Source: an uncultured bacterium
GTDB taxonomy: Bacteria; Patescibacteriota; Minisyncoccia; Phycocordibacterales; UBA9973
DNA: 43,339 nucleotides
Reading direction: 5' to 3'
Assembly: GCA_903907175.1 (NCBI GenBank)
Contig: CAIVNB010000026.1
Location: 1 to 43,339 of the forward strand
The notes beneath the pieces were generated by a model. The model saw only the letters and a list, made by a program, of their open reading frames with translations, was not told the DNA's origin and searched no databases. Positions 18,253 to 25,078 of the stretch are shown here, piece by piece. Within the stretch, counting starts at the first letter, position 1; each line of letters begins with the position of its first letter. The position numbers and the translations under genes were made by a program.

Positions 18253-18600
18253 ATGTTAAATACAAATTTAAAACATATTGAGGATGTTGTTGAATATAAT
18301 AAGGTACTTAAAGAAAATGAGAATGTAATGCTTGTGTGTGGTCGTATGGGCCCTATGTGTATTCCTGTTTATGGAATAGCCGAAGAACTTGAAAATGATT
18401 ATAAAAATGTAAAATTCTGTGATTTTGAGTTTGATACACAAGAAGCAGATGTAATCCGTAAACTGCCAGAAGTAAGAGGATTTATGGGTATTCCATTTAC
18501 TATTTATTACAAGAATGGAAAAGTCGTAAAAGCTACTTCAAGTATTCAAACGAAAGAACAAGTAAAAACTATATTAGATAAAGAATTTGGAGTTAAGTAA
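18253..18600 (+). CDS. Thioredoxin-fold protein with an atypical active site
   Basis: Thioredoxin-like length and layout, but CGRMGPMC (C-x6-C) where WCGPC is expected. Sits directly upstream of trxB. Confidence 0.5.
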   Translation: MLNTNLKHIEDVVEYNKVLKENENVMLVCGRMGPMCIPVYGIAEELENDYKNVKFCDFEFDTQEADVIRKLPEVRGFMGIPFTIYYKNGKVVKATSSIQTKEQVKTILDKEFGVK

Positions 18601-18609
18601 TATAAATCT

Positions 18610-19554
18610 ATGAGTACAGACAACCATTATGATTCTATAATTATAGGTGCAGGTCCTGCTGGTCTAACGGCGGGCATTTATCTTGCAAGAGCAAGAGTAA
18701 AAACTTTAATTATAAATGAAGGAATAGTGGGAGGACAAATAATTTTGACTCATGAAATTGCAAATTATCCAGGAGTAGAAAATATAAGTGGATATCAACT
18801 TGCAATGATTATGAAAAAACAGGCTGAAAATTTTGGCTGTACCATAATTAATGGAAAGTCTGTAAAAAGTCTTGAACTAGAAAATGAAGTAAAAAATGTA
18901 ACTCTATCTGACGGTAGTATTTTTACAACAAATAGTATAATTCTTTCTCCAGGAGGAAGATCCCGTACTCTTGGTATATCAGGTGAAGATATTTTTAAAG
19001 GAAAGGGTGTTTCTTATTGTGCTACATGTGATGGTGATTTCTTTACTGATAAAGAGATAGTTGTTGTTGGAGGTGGAAACTCAGCTTTAGAAGAAGCAGT
19101 TTCTCTTACTAAATATGCTAAGAAAGTTACTATTGTCCATCAACTTGATCATTTCCAGGCATCTCAATATGCCATAGAAGAAGCTAAGAAAAATTCAAAA
19201 GTTAATTTCATTATGAAGTCCTCGTTGTCTTCTTTTAAGGGAAATGAAAGTATCGAAAGTGTAGATATTAAAAATTTAGAAACAAACGAAATAACTAATT
19301 TTAAAACTGATGGAGTTTTTGTTTTCATCGGATACTCTCCAAATACAGAGTTCTTAAAAGATAAAGTTGAATTAAATCGACGAGGAGAGATTGTAGTAAA
19401 AGAAGATATGTCGACCAATATTGAGGGTGTTTACGCTGCGGGTGATAGCATCACAAAACTTTATCGACAAATCACCACAACAGTTGCTGATGGCACGATA
19501 TCTGCATTGTCAGTTTCAAATTATTTAGAAAAAAGTCGTATTAATAAAAATTAA
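18610..19554 (+). CDS. trxB: Thioredoxin-disulfide reductase
   Basis: FAD site GAGPAGLTAGIY, redox centre CATCDG, NADPH site GGGNSALEEA. Confidence 0.9.
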   Translation: MSTDNHYDSIIIGAGPAGLTAGIYLARARVKTLIINEGIVGGQIILTHEIANYPGVENISGYQLAMIMKKQAENFGCTIINGKSVKSLELENEVKNVTLSDGSIFTTNSIILSPGGRSRTLGISGEDIFKGKGVSYCATCDGDFFTDKEIVVVGGGNSALEEAVSLTKYAKKVTIVHQLDHFQASQYAIEEAKKNSKVNFIMKSSLSSFKGNESIESVDIKNLETNEITNFKTDGVFVFIGYSPNTEFLKDKVELNRRGEIVVKEDMSTNIEGVYAAGDSITKLYRQITTTVADGTISALSVSNYLEKSRINKN

Positions 19555-19567
19555 TTATTATAAATAT

Positions 19568-19807
19568 ATGAAAAATCATAAAGTTATAGTTTATTCAACC
19601 AGTACTTGTCCTTATTGTGTCTATGCAAAAGATTATTTGAAAAAGAAAGGTGTTTCTTTTGAAGATAAAAATGTTGGATTAGATAGATCAGCAGGGATGG
19701 AGATGGTTCAAAAAAGTGGGCAGATGGGTGTGCCCGTTATAGATATTGATGGTGAAATAATAGTTGGATTTCAGCCAGAGGTATTTGATGAATTATTAAG
19801 TAAATAA
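19568..19807 (+). CDS. Glutaredoxin-like protein (NrdH/Grx family)
   Basis: 79 aa, CPYC active site, GVPVI and GF motifs. Confidence 0.8.
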   Translation: MKNHKVIVYSTSTCPYCVYAKDYLKKKGVSFEDKNVGLDRSAGMEMVQKSGQMGVPVIDIDGEIIVGFQPEVFDELLSK

Positions 19808-19812
19808 ATAAT

Positions 19813-20715
19813 ATGAAAATTACAAAAAATGAAGGTGTTATAGATAGATTAATTAGAATACCAGTAGCAACAGTATTCTTTTTATTGGCATTCTTTTGGT
19901 TATCAGGTGTCTTACAAATTATATTTTATATTCTTGCGGTAGTGATGCTATTTACTGTCATAACTGGGTTTTGTGCTTTGTATAAAATACTTAAGATAAA
20001 TACAAATAAAAATCCCGAAAAGAAAGTGTCAAAAATGACATTGAGCGTTTTTACTATTTTGTCTGTTATCATTTTAGTTCTAGGTAGTTATGCTAGTAAT
20101 TTTCTCACTAAGAAGTTTTTTCTAGAGGACTACAATAATATGAACCAGTATTATAAACAAACTTTGTTTTATACTGGGCAGAACAAAAGACCTGAAGCGT
20201 TAGATAATTACAACAAACTTGTAAGTGAATATGGAGTATTTTTAAATAAATATATAAAATATCATCCTTATGTTGTTTCTCACGACAAGCAATTTAATGC
20301 TGATTTAATAAAAGTTTCAGATATCATTACCAGCCTAAAAGATAAAGTAAACACAGGTGATCTAAAATCTGCTCATACAGATTTTGAACAAGTAAGACCA
20401 ATATTTCAAGATTTATTAAAAAGAAATGGTTTTTCAATGTTAGCTATTTCTCTTGTTGATTTTCATGATGCTATGGAAAAAATTATCTCTGCATCTGATG
20501 CAAAAGATGGTCCCCAAGTGATTACAGTATATGAAGAAGTAGACAGTAAGTTAAAGGCAGTGGAAGAAGCCGCAAATGATACTGAAATTCAAGCTATAAG
20601 ACAAAAATTAGATGAAACATTAACCTTAGCAAAAGAAGGCAAAGTGGATTTACTATCTGCAAAAGCAGCAGAGCTTAAAAGTGCTTTTGTGAAGGTTTAT
20701 CTCAAAAGAGGGTAA
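19813..20715 (+). CDS. DUF2892 (YgaP-like membrane domain) protein with a long helical C-terminal domain
   Basis: N-terminal IDRLIRI..., two TM helices, ...TGFCALYKIL. Confidence 0.55.
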   Translation: MKITKNEGVIDRLIRIPVATVFFLLAFFWLSGVLQIIFYILAVVMLFTVITGFCALYKILKINTNKNPEKKVSKMTLSVFTILSVIILVLGSYASNFLTKKFFLEDYNNMNQYYKQTLFYTGQNKRPEALDNYNKLVSEYGVFLNKYIKYHPYVVSHDKQFNADLIKVSDIITSLKDKVNTGDLKSAHTDFEQVRPIFQDLLKRNGFSMLAISLVDFHDAMEKIISASDAKDGPQVITVYEEVDSKLKAVEEAANDTEIQAIRQKLDETLTLAKEGKVDLLSAKAAELKSAFVKVYLKRG

Positions 20716-20724
20716 TTATTCTTT

Positions 20725-20761
20725 CAAAATAGTTATTCGAACATCACCCCACGTCTGGAGC
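20725..20761 (+). repeat. Copy A (5' part only) of the repeat family also at 21583-21660 and 23505-23593
   Basis: 31 of 37 nt identical to 23505-23541 (CAAAATA.T.ATTCGAACATCA.CCCA.GT..GGAGC). Confidence 0.6.
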
Positions 20762-20802
20762 AATTTAAAAAACTACAAGAGATTGTGGTTTTTAAATTGC
20801 TC
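20758..20802 (+). other. Long hairpin at the island's right end
   Basis: GAGCAATTTAAAAA pairs perfectly (14 bp) with TTTTTAAATTGCTC. It extends through CTACAA/TTGTGG around a GAGA loop. Confidence 0.6.
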
Positions 20803-20807
20803 GGGAG

Positions 20808-20831
20808 AGAAAGCCAACTGCTTGGCTTTTG
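20808..20831 (+). terminator. Rho-independent terminator candidate just inside attR
   Basis: AAGCCAA, loop CTGC, TTGGCTT, then TTT. Confidence 0.5.
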
Positions 20832-20920
20832 TGTAGGGATCGAAAAGCTTTTCTGTATTTTTGAAAATTTCTGATTTTTAAAAATTAGAAAAGGTATACT
20901 GCTCCTGTAAGGAGAGATCA

Positions 20921-20938
20921 CCCTACCTCCCGAGCCAG
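20921..20938 (+). repeat. attR core: CCCTACCTCCCGAGCCAG
   Basis: Perfect copy of 6599-6616. No tRNA body precedes it. Confidence 0.8.
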
Positions 20939-20939
20939 A

Positions 20940-20968
20940 TTGACAAATCTAGATAAATATGCTACTAT
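20940..20968 (+). promoter_or_regulatory. Promoter immediately right of attR
   Basis: TTGACA, 17 nt (ending TGc), TACTAT. Confidence 0.45.
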
Positions 20969-21089
20969 TTAGGGGTATAGTAGGTTCTTTGATGTTTGGA
21001 TTAGGTTGGCACTAGTTGAATTATTTTTGTATCTAATATTTTGGGTTCAAAAATAGTTCAATTTAGTATTAACTTTAACTCCCCAAAAA

Positions 21090-21518
21090 ATGAAAAAAGC
21101 GTCATTAATTTCTTTTCAGCAAAGAAACCCGAATGGTTTACTTCAAATCGGTGAATCGATTTCTTACGCGGAGTACGCAACAAATTGTTATTTTTCTGGC
21201 CTGGTTACACTCGGCAGACATAATAATGGACATGAAATATACAGGTCAAAAAGCGTAAAACACGAGGATAAAGATTTCTATCAGTATCCTGAAAGTTCAA
21301 AAAATTCACTGAATACATTGTTTACCGTTCAGGTTGAATCAACAGGTGATCTGCTTGTTGTGTTCGTTGCAGATATTTCTACAGATGGACATGTTCAGGC
21401 AACTTTAATTTTAACCGACGCAGCCTGGCAACAAATATTAGCTTCAAACCAGAAGGTAATGCGAGTAGAACAATTCTACTTACATGTTCTTGAGAAGCAA
21501 TTATATGTGCCTGCTTAA
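21090..21518 (+). CDS. Hypothetical protein (142 aa)
   Basis: Clean ORF followed by a strong terminator. No recognisable motif. Confidence 0.5.
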   Translation: MKKASLISFQQRNPNGLLQIGESISYAEYATNCYFSGLVTLGRHNNGHEIYRSKSVKHEDKDFYQYPESSKNSLNTLFTVQVESTGDLLVVFVADISTDGHVQATLILTDAAWQQILASNQKVMRVEQFYLHVLEKQLYVPA

Positions 21519-21527
21519 GGTTATTGA

Positions 21528-21568
21528 ACCCACCCAAAAAGCCCATTGCTTTTTTGGTGGGTTTTTTA
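21528..21568 (+). terminator. Rho-independent terminator
   Basis: ACCCACCCAAAAAGC, loop CCATT, GCTTTTTTGGTGGGT, then TTTTT. Confidence 0.7.
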
Positions 21569-21582
21569 TTATATAAAACTGT

Positions 21583-21660
21583 TTCAAACATCATCCCAAG
21601 TTCGGAGCTCTTGATTTTTTTATTAATTATGTTATTGTACGAATAGTAACAGTTTTTTGA
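21583..21660 (+). repeat. Copy B of the ~80-bp repeated element (contains a promoter-like core at 21611-21638)
   Basis: 21587-21660 is identical over 74 bp to 23520-23593. Inside it: TTGATT, 16 nt (TGt), TATTGT. Confidence 0.8.
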
Positions 21661-21743
21661 AAATGTGATAAATATTGTTTGGTCTATTAAGTTTCTTTAT
21701 AGAGATTTAGTTGACCAAATAATATTCACTAAAACCCCAAAAA

Positions 21744-22247
21744 ATGAAACTTTACGAGAATTTTGAAAAAGGTACACCAGAGTATGTTTTTTATCATGGA
21801 CTTTACCAAATTGAAATAGGTAAAAAACCATCTGCTCTTCTTTCTAAGTATTACTGTATCAGTGAAAATCCAATAGAAGTTTTTGATTTGGCTAAATCGC
21901 TGGTAAAAGATTGCTCCACTGAAGAAAAAAAGGATTCTATTTCGGGAAGACCATTTCTTCGTACTGAAATTGACTGGGAGAAAAAGTACCAGCAACATCT
22001 AGCTGGGCCTAATTCTGATATACCATTTGACCCTGTATCAGGTATTTATGAATGCAAATGTTCCCTCTGCTTTTACAGAGATGCTCCTAAGGAATTTAAC
22101 CCAAAGAAGGATTGCCAGATTGGGAAAAAAGGCGATCTAGCTAAAATTTTTTTTGGTATTGATTCTAATGAATTTCTTCCTGAAGTTATTGATGGGAAAG
22201 AAGTTGCACATTATTGCCCTTACTGGTTAACGTTTTTGGCTGAGTAG
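21744..22247 (+). CDS. Hypothetical Cys-rich protein (167 aa)
   Basis: ORF with the cluster CKCSLC...C...C in its C-terminal half. No recognised family. Confidence 0.5.
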   Translation: MKLYENFEKGTPEYVFYHGLYQIEIGKKPSALLSKYYCISENPIEVFDLAKSLVKDCSTEEKKDSISGRPFLRTEIDWEKKYQQHLAGPNSDIPFDPVSGIYECKCSLCFYRDAPKEFNPKKDCQIGKKGDLAKIFFGIDSNEFLPEVIDGKEVAHYCPYWLTFLAE

Positions 22248-22286
22248 CAAAAATTATACAAATCCACAAAAAGGAAGGAGAAAATT

Positions 22287-23447
22287 ATGCAAGGCGTTGA
22301 AATTTCCCATCTGAATGCCGCTATTAAAGCCGTTTTGATGGCATATTATGATTTAATGCATACAACTGTTGAAGATGCTCTTCGGCCAGTAGATGCATAT
22401 GGTAAAAAAGATACTCTTGGAATGGACGCAGGTCCAGAAATTACTATTTGTGAACAATTGAACAGATATGATTCTGGGGCTGTTGTTATCACGGAAGAAG
22501 CTGGGTTGAAGGGAATTAATTTTAATGATACATTTCGTCCTAGCGAACCGGAAACATTTAGAACAGTTTTTATTAGCGATCCGACTGACCGTTCTAACCA
22601 ATTAAAGGAATTTCTCGCTCAGTTTCCAAAAGAAATGAAAATTGGTGATATTTTTGGGAAACCAGACAATATCACTAAGTGGGAAGAAAAATTCAGTAAT
22701 CCAGCTTCTATAACCGGGGCATCCTCAGCAATTAGTTGTGTGAGACGTGGTGTCCCGATTTTTGCGGTAATTGTAAATTATATTACGCAAGAATTATTGG
22801 TATCATGTGCGGCCGGTAACAAAATTCTTAAATTACCAGACGAACGTCCAGATTTGATTGACCTCGATTATGTTCGCAAGAATGGTGAAGTCCTTTTGTT
22901 CCCAAATATCGATGGACAAATAACTAGCATGCAGCGTTTTGTAACATTCCTTGGAGATATTGGGAAGATCGGCTATCGTGAAAATTTCATTGACAGTGGC
23001 TTTATGAATGAAGAACAAATGAAAAAATTTCTTCATTACGGGAAACCCGGTGGCCCCTCAAGGGCACTTTATCTTTCTTCGATTCAGCCGAGAACGATAC
23101 CGATTGGATTTATTCTTGCAAATGGAGAAAAAATCAGTGAATGGATCCACTGGTTGTCATTTGTGAGATTTGCCCACAGTCTAAATGATGACAGCCAACC
23201 AGCCTTGATCCTTTATGAAGTTTTCCAGGATCGTCCATGGACAAAAGAAGGAGTATTAATGTCAACACCACCGAACTATAGTGTATTTAGGGAATACAAT
23301 GGGAAAATGTACATTGACACATCTTGGTTACTTAAAATGCCAAATCCTAGCAAACTCCGTTCTACTATTATTATTGCCCCATACGATAATCGTTGGGCAG
23401 TAAGAGCAAGCAGTCAGTTTGGCTATCGGCCAATTAAATTTAATTAA
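22287..23447 (+). CDS. Divergent inositol-monophosphatase/FBPase/CysQ-fold (FIG superfamily) protein, 386 aa
   Basis: Metal and active-site motifs are in the right order: KKDTLGMDAGPE...VVITEEAG and FISDPTDRSNQ (compare EE and DPxDGT). GGAGA Shine-Dalgarno upstream. Long C-terminal extension. Confidence 0.55.
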   Translation: MQGVEISHLNAAIKAVLMAYYDLMHTTVEDALRPVDAYGKKDTLGMDAGPEITICEQLNRYDSGAVVITEEAGLKGINFNDTFRPSEPETFRTVFISDPTDRSNQLKEFLAQFPKEMKIGDIFGKPDNITKWEEKFSNPASITGASSAISCVRRGVPIFAVIVNYITQELLVSCAAGNKILKLPDERPDLIDLDYVRKNGEVLLFPNIDGQITSMQRFVTFLGDIGKIGYRENFIDSGFMNEEQMKKFLHYGKPGGPSRALYLSSIQPRTIPIGFILANGEKISEWIHWLSFVRFAHSLNDDSQPALILYEVFQDRPWTKEGVLMSTPPNYSVFREYNGKMYIDTSWLLKMPNPSKLRSTIIIAPYDNRWAVRASSQFGYRPIKFN

Positions 23448-23458
23448 TGCATAAGTAT

Positions 23459-23500
23459 AACCCTTTTGAAATTTAGCAATATTTCAGAAGGGTTTTTATT
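23459..23500 (+). terminator. Rho-independent terminator
   Basis: AACCCTTTTGAAAT, 8-nt loop, ATTTCAGAAGGGTT, then TTTTATTTTT. Confidence 0.7.
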
Positions 23501-23504
23501 TTTC

Positions 23505-23593
23505 CAAAATACTCATTCGAACATCATCCCAAGTTCGGAGCTCTTGATTTTTTTATTAATTATGTTATTGTACGAATAGTAACAGTTTTTTGA
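23505..23593 (+). repeat. Copy C (full length) of the repeated element (promoter-like core at 23544-23571)
   Basis: Its 5' 37 nt matches copy A and its 3' 74-78 nt matches copy B. Internal imperfect inverted repeat TACTCATTCG / CGAATAGTA. Confidence 0.8.
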
Positions 23594-23685
23594 CATTTGG
23601 TTTTATTGGTTTTCGTAGAAGGTAAATTTTGTCTTTTACGAAGACCAATTAAAACTTTTATAAAAACAATTTAAAATTCTGGAAA

Positions 23686-24099
23686 ATGAAAGATTTTTTC
23701 AACAAACAGGTACTCATAACTCTGTTTTTTGCAGTACTTGCTTATGCCGTGATTATTTCTCTTGCAGTGGGAATCGTTTTTCTTTGCAAGGATGTCTTTC
23801 TTCCTTATTTCGGAAAAGAACCCTTACCAAAAATTCTTTTTTTGTTAGGAATCATTTTTCTGAATGTGATAGTTTTCGCTGCGATGTGTATTATTCACAG
23901 CCGTTTAACAATCATTTCTTTCATAATTTTTTCTGTATTTATTTCTGCTTGTTTGCTTGTTGCAGGAATATCATCCTTCTTTGGGTTTCATATTAACAGC
24001 GTGGAAGTAATTTTTTCTTGGACGTCCTTCCTTTATGGGTTTCTGATGTTGATATGGAATTTCATACTTTTTGTTACACGATGTTCATCAGATAATTAA
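23686..24099 (+). CDS. Small integral membrane protein (about 4 TM helices)
   Basis: 137 aa, almost entirely hydrophobic helices. Confidence 0.5.
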   Translation: MKDFFNKQVLITLFFAVLAYAVIISLAVGIVFLCKDVFLPYFGKEPLPKILFLLGIIFLNVIVFAAMCIIHSRLTIISFIIFSVFISACLLVAGISSFFGFHINSVEVIFSWTSFLYGFLMLIWNFILFVTRCSSDN

Positions 24100-24127
24100 A
24101 TTTCTAATCCGTTAAAAAGATAAAAAA

Positions 24128-24331
24128 ATGGAAACAAAGATCGGTGAATTAATCGGTTTAATTTTAAAAATCGACATTAATGCCTATCCTACTCAAATTT
24201 CAAGTCAAAAACAGATGGCTCTCTCAAGGGCAATGGACTTGAAATTGGATATTCTGAATTTGGTTAAACCCAAAAAATCTGAAGAACCGGAAATGCCCAA
24301 TATACCTGTTCCGGAAAGCCAGATAGCATGA
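24128..24331 (+). CDS. Hypothetical small protein (67 aa)
   Basis: ORF followed by a terminator. No motif. Confidence 0.35.
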   Translation: METKIGELIGLILKIDINAYPTQISSQKQMALSRAMDLKLDILNLVKPKKSEEPEMPNIPVPESQIA

Positions 24332-24351
24332 CTTGGTTTGCAAAACTTTTT

Positions 24352-24386
24352 AAAGCCGCATGATTTATATTATGTGGCTTTTTTAT
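24352..24386 (+). terminator. Rho-independent terminator
   Basis: AAAGCCGCAT, loop, ATGTGGCTTT, then TTTT. Confidence 0.6.
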
Positions 24387-24455
24387 TTCTTAATTAAGGT
24401 TTCCACTTCGTACATTCGCCCTGTTCAGCATCTTTAGCTTCAGACGGGGAGCCAG
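24385..24455 (+). other. GC-rich conserved intergenic motif, copy 1
   Basis: Shares ATTTCTTAA...GTTTYCAC...ACGGGGAGCCAG, and its overall length, with 24969-25037. Confidence 0.5.
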
Positions 24456-24506
24456 AGATTTCGATTATTTTTTATAATGATTGTTTTTTTGTTGTATAAT
24501 AGAACA

Positions 24507-24953
24507 ATGAAACATATTAGCTTAAAAGGTTCTTGGGTTATTAAAGCTCCCATTGATCAAGTTTTTAAAATTATTAGTGATTTTGAAAATATGCCAAAAA
24601 ATTTCCCAACTGTTGCAGAGTCATTAGTTATTACCAAGAAAGATGGCAATAAATTAGAAATTGATGCAAAGGCAAAGTCTTTTGGCACAGTGTTTCCAGT
24701 TAAAATGAAAACAGAGATTATTCCGAAGGTAGGATATATATCTGATAACGAGAATATAAAATTGGGCATATCTGGGCATGAAGAATTTTTAATGGAAGAA
24801 ATAGAAGAAGGAACGAGGATTAATTATGTTTATGAGGTTGATATTCACAATAAATGGCTAAGGATGATAGCGGGGCCACTTTTAGGTTCGTATTCAATGA
24901 AGTTTTGGAAAAAAGCTTTTATCGATAGATTAAAAGATATTGTAGAAAAATAA
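24507..24953 (+). CDS. SRPBCC (START/polyketide-cyclase-like) family protein
   Basis: GSWVIKAPIDQVFKIISDFENMPKNFP is a typical SRPBCC N-terminus. The ATG at 24507 is preferred. Confidence 0.65.
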   Translation: MKHISLKGSWVIKAPIDQVFKIISDFENMPKNFPTVAESLVITKKDGNKLEIDAKAKSFGTVFPVKMKTEIIPKVGYISDNENIKLGISGHEEFLMEEIEEGTRINYVYEVDIHNKWLRMIAGPLLGSYSMKFWKKAFIDRLKDIVEK

Positions 24954-24968
24954 AGATTTTTATTTAAT

Positions 24969-25037
24969 ATTTCTTAAAAAAGTTTTCACCGCGTCCTCTC
25001 AGTCATGGCTTACGAGCGAGGCCAAACGGGGAGCCAG
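24969..25037 (+). other. GC-rich conserved intergenic motif, copy 2
   Basis: See 24385-24455. Confidence 0.5.
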
Positions 25038-25078
25038 GTTTGTAATCATATATGATTTAAGTGTGATATCATTAATAA

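Larger units (their letters stand above)
6599..20938. mobile_element. ~14.3 kb integrated genomic island / integrative element in tRNA-Asn
   Basis: Flanking 18-bp direct repeats, one of them the tRNA 3' end. A serine recombinase abuts the tRNA, and the element carries an Xis-like HTH, a Rep-like gene, R-M, TA and cargo genes. Confidence 0.75.

Noticed and set aside
20733-20921. 62-aa minus-strand ORF at the island's right end
   Set aside because: It spans a long hairpin, a terminator-like hairpin and palindromes next to attR. It has no Shine-Dalgarno and a low-complexity translation, so non-coding structure explains it better.
24444-24455. GAGCCAG shared between the GC-rich intergenic motifs (24449-24455, 25031-25037) and the tRNA-Asn att core, as possible extra att sites or decayed tandem islands
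   Set aside because: Only 7 nt are shared, the preceding bases differ (ACGGG versus CCTCCC), and there is no T-arm-like sequence. That is too little to call secondary att sites.
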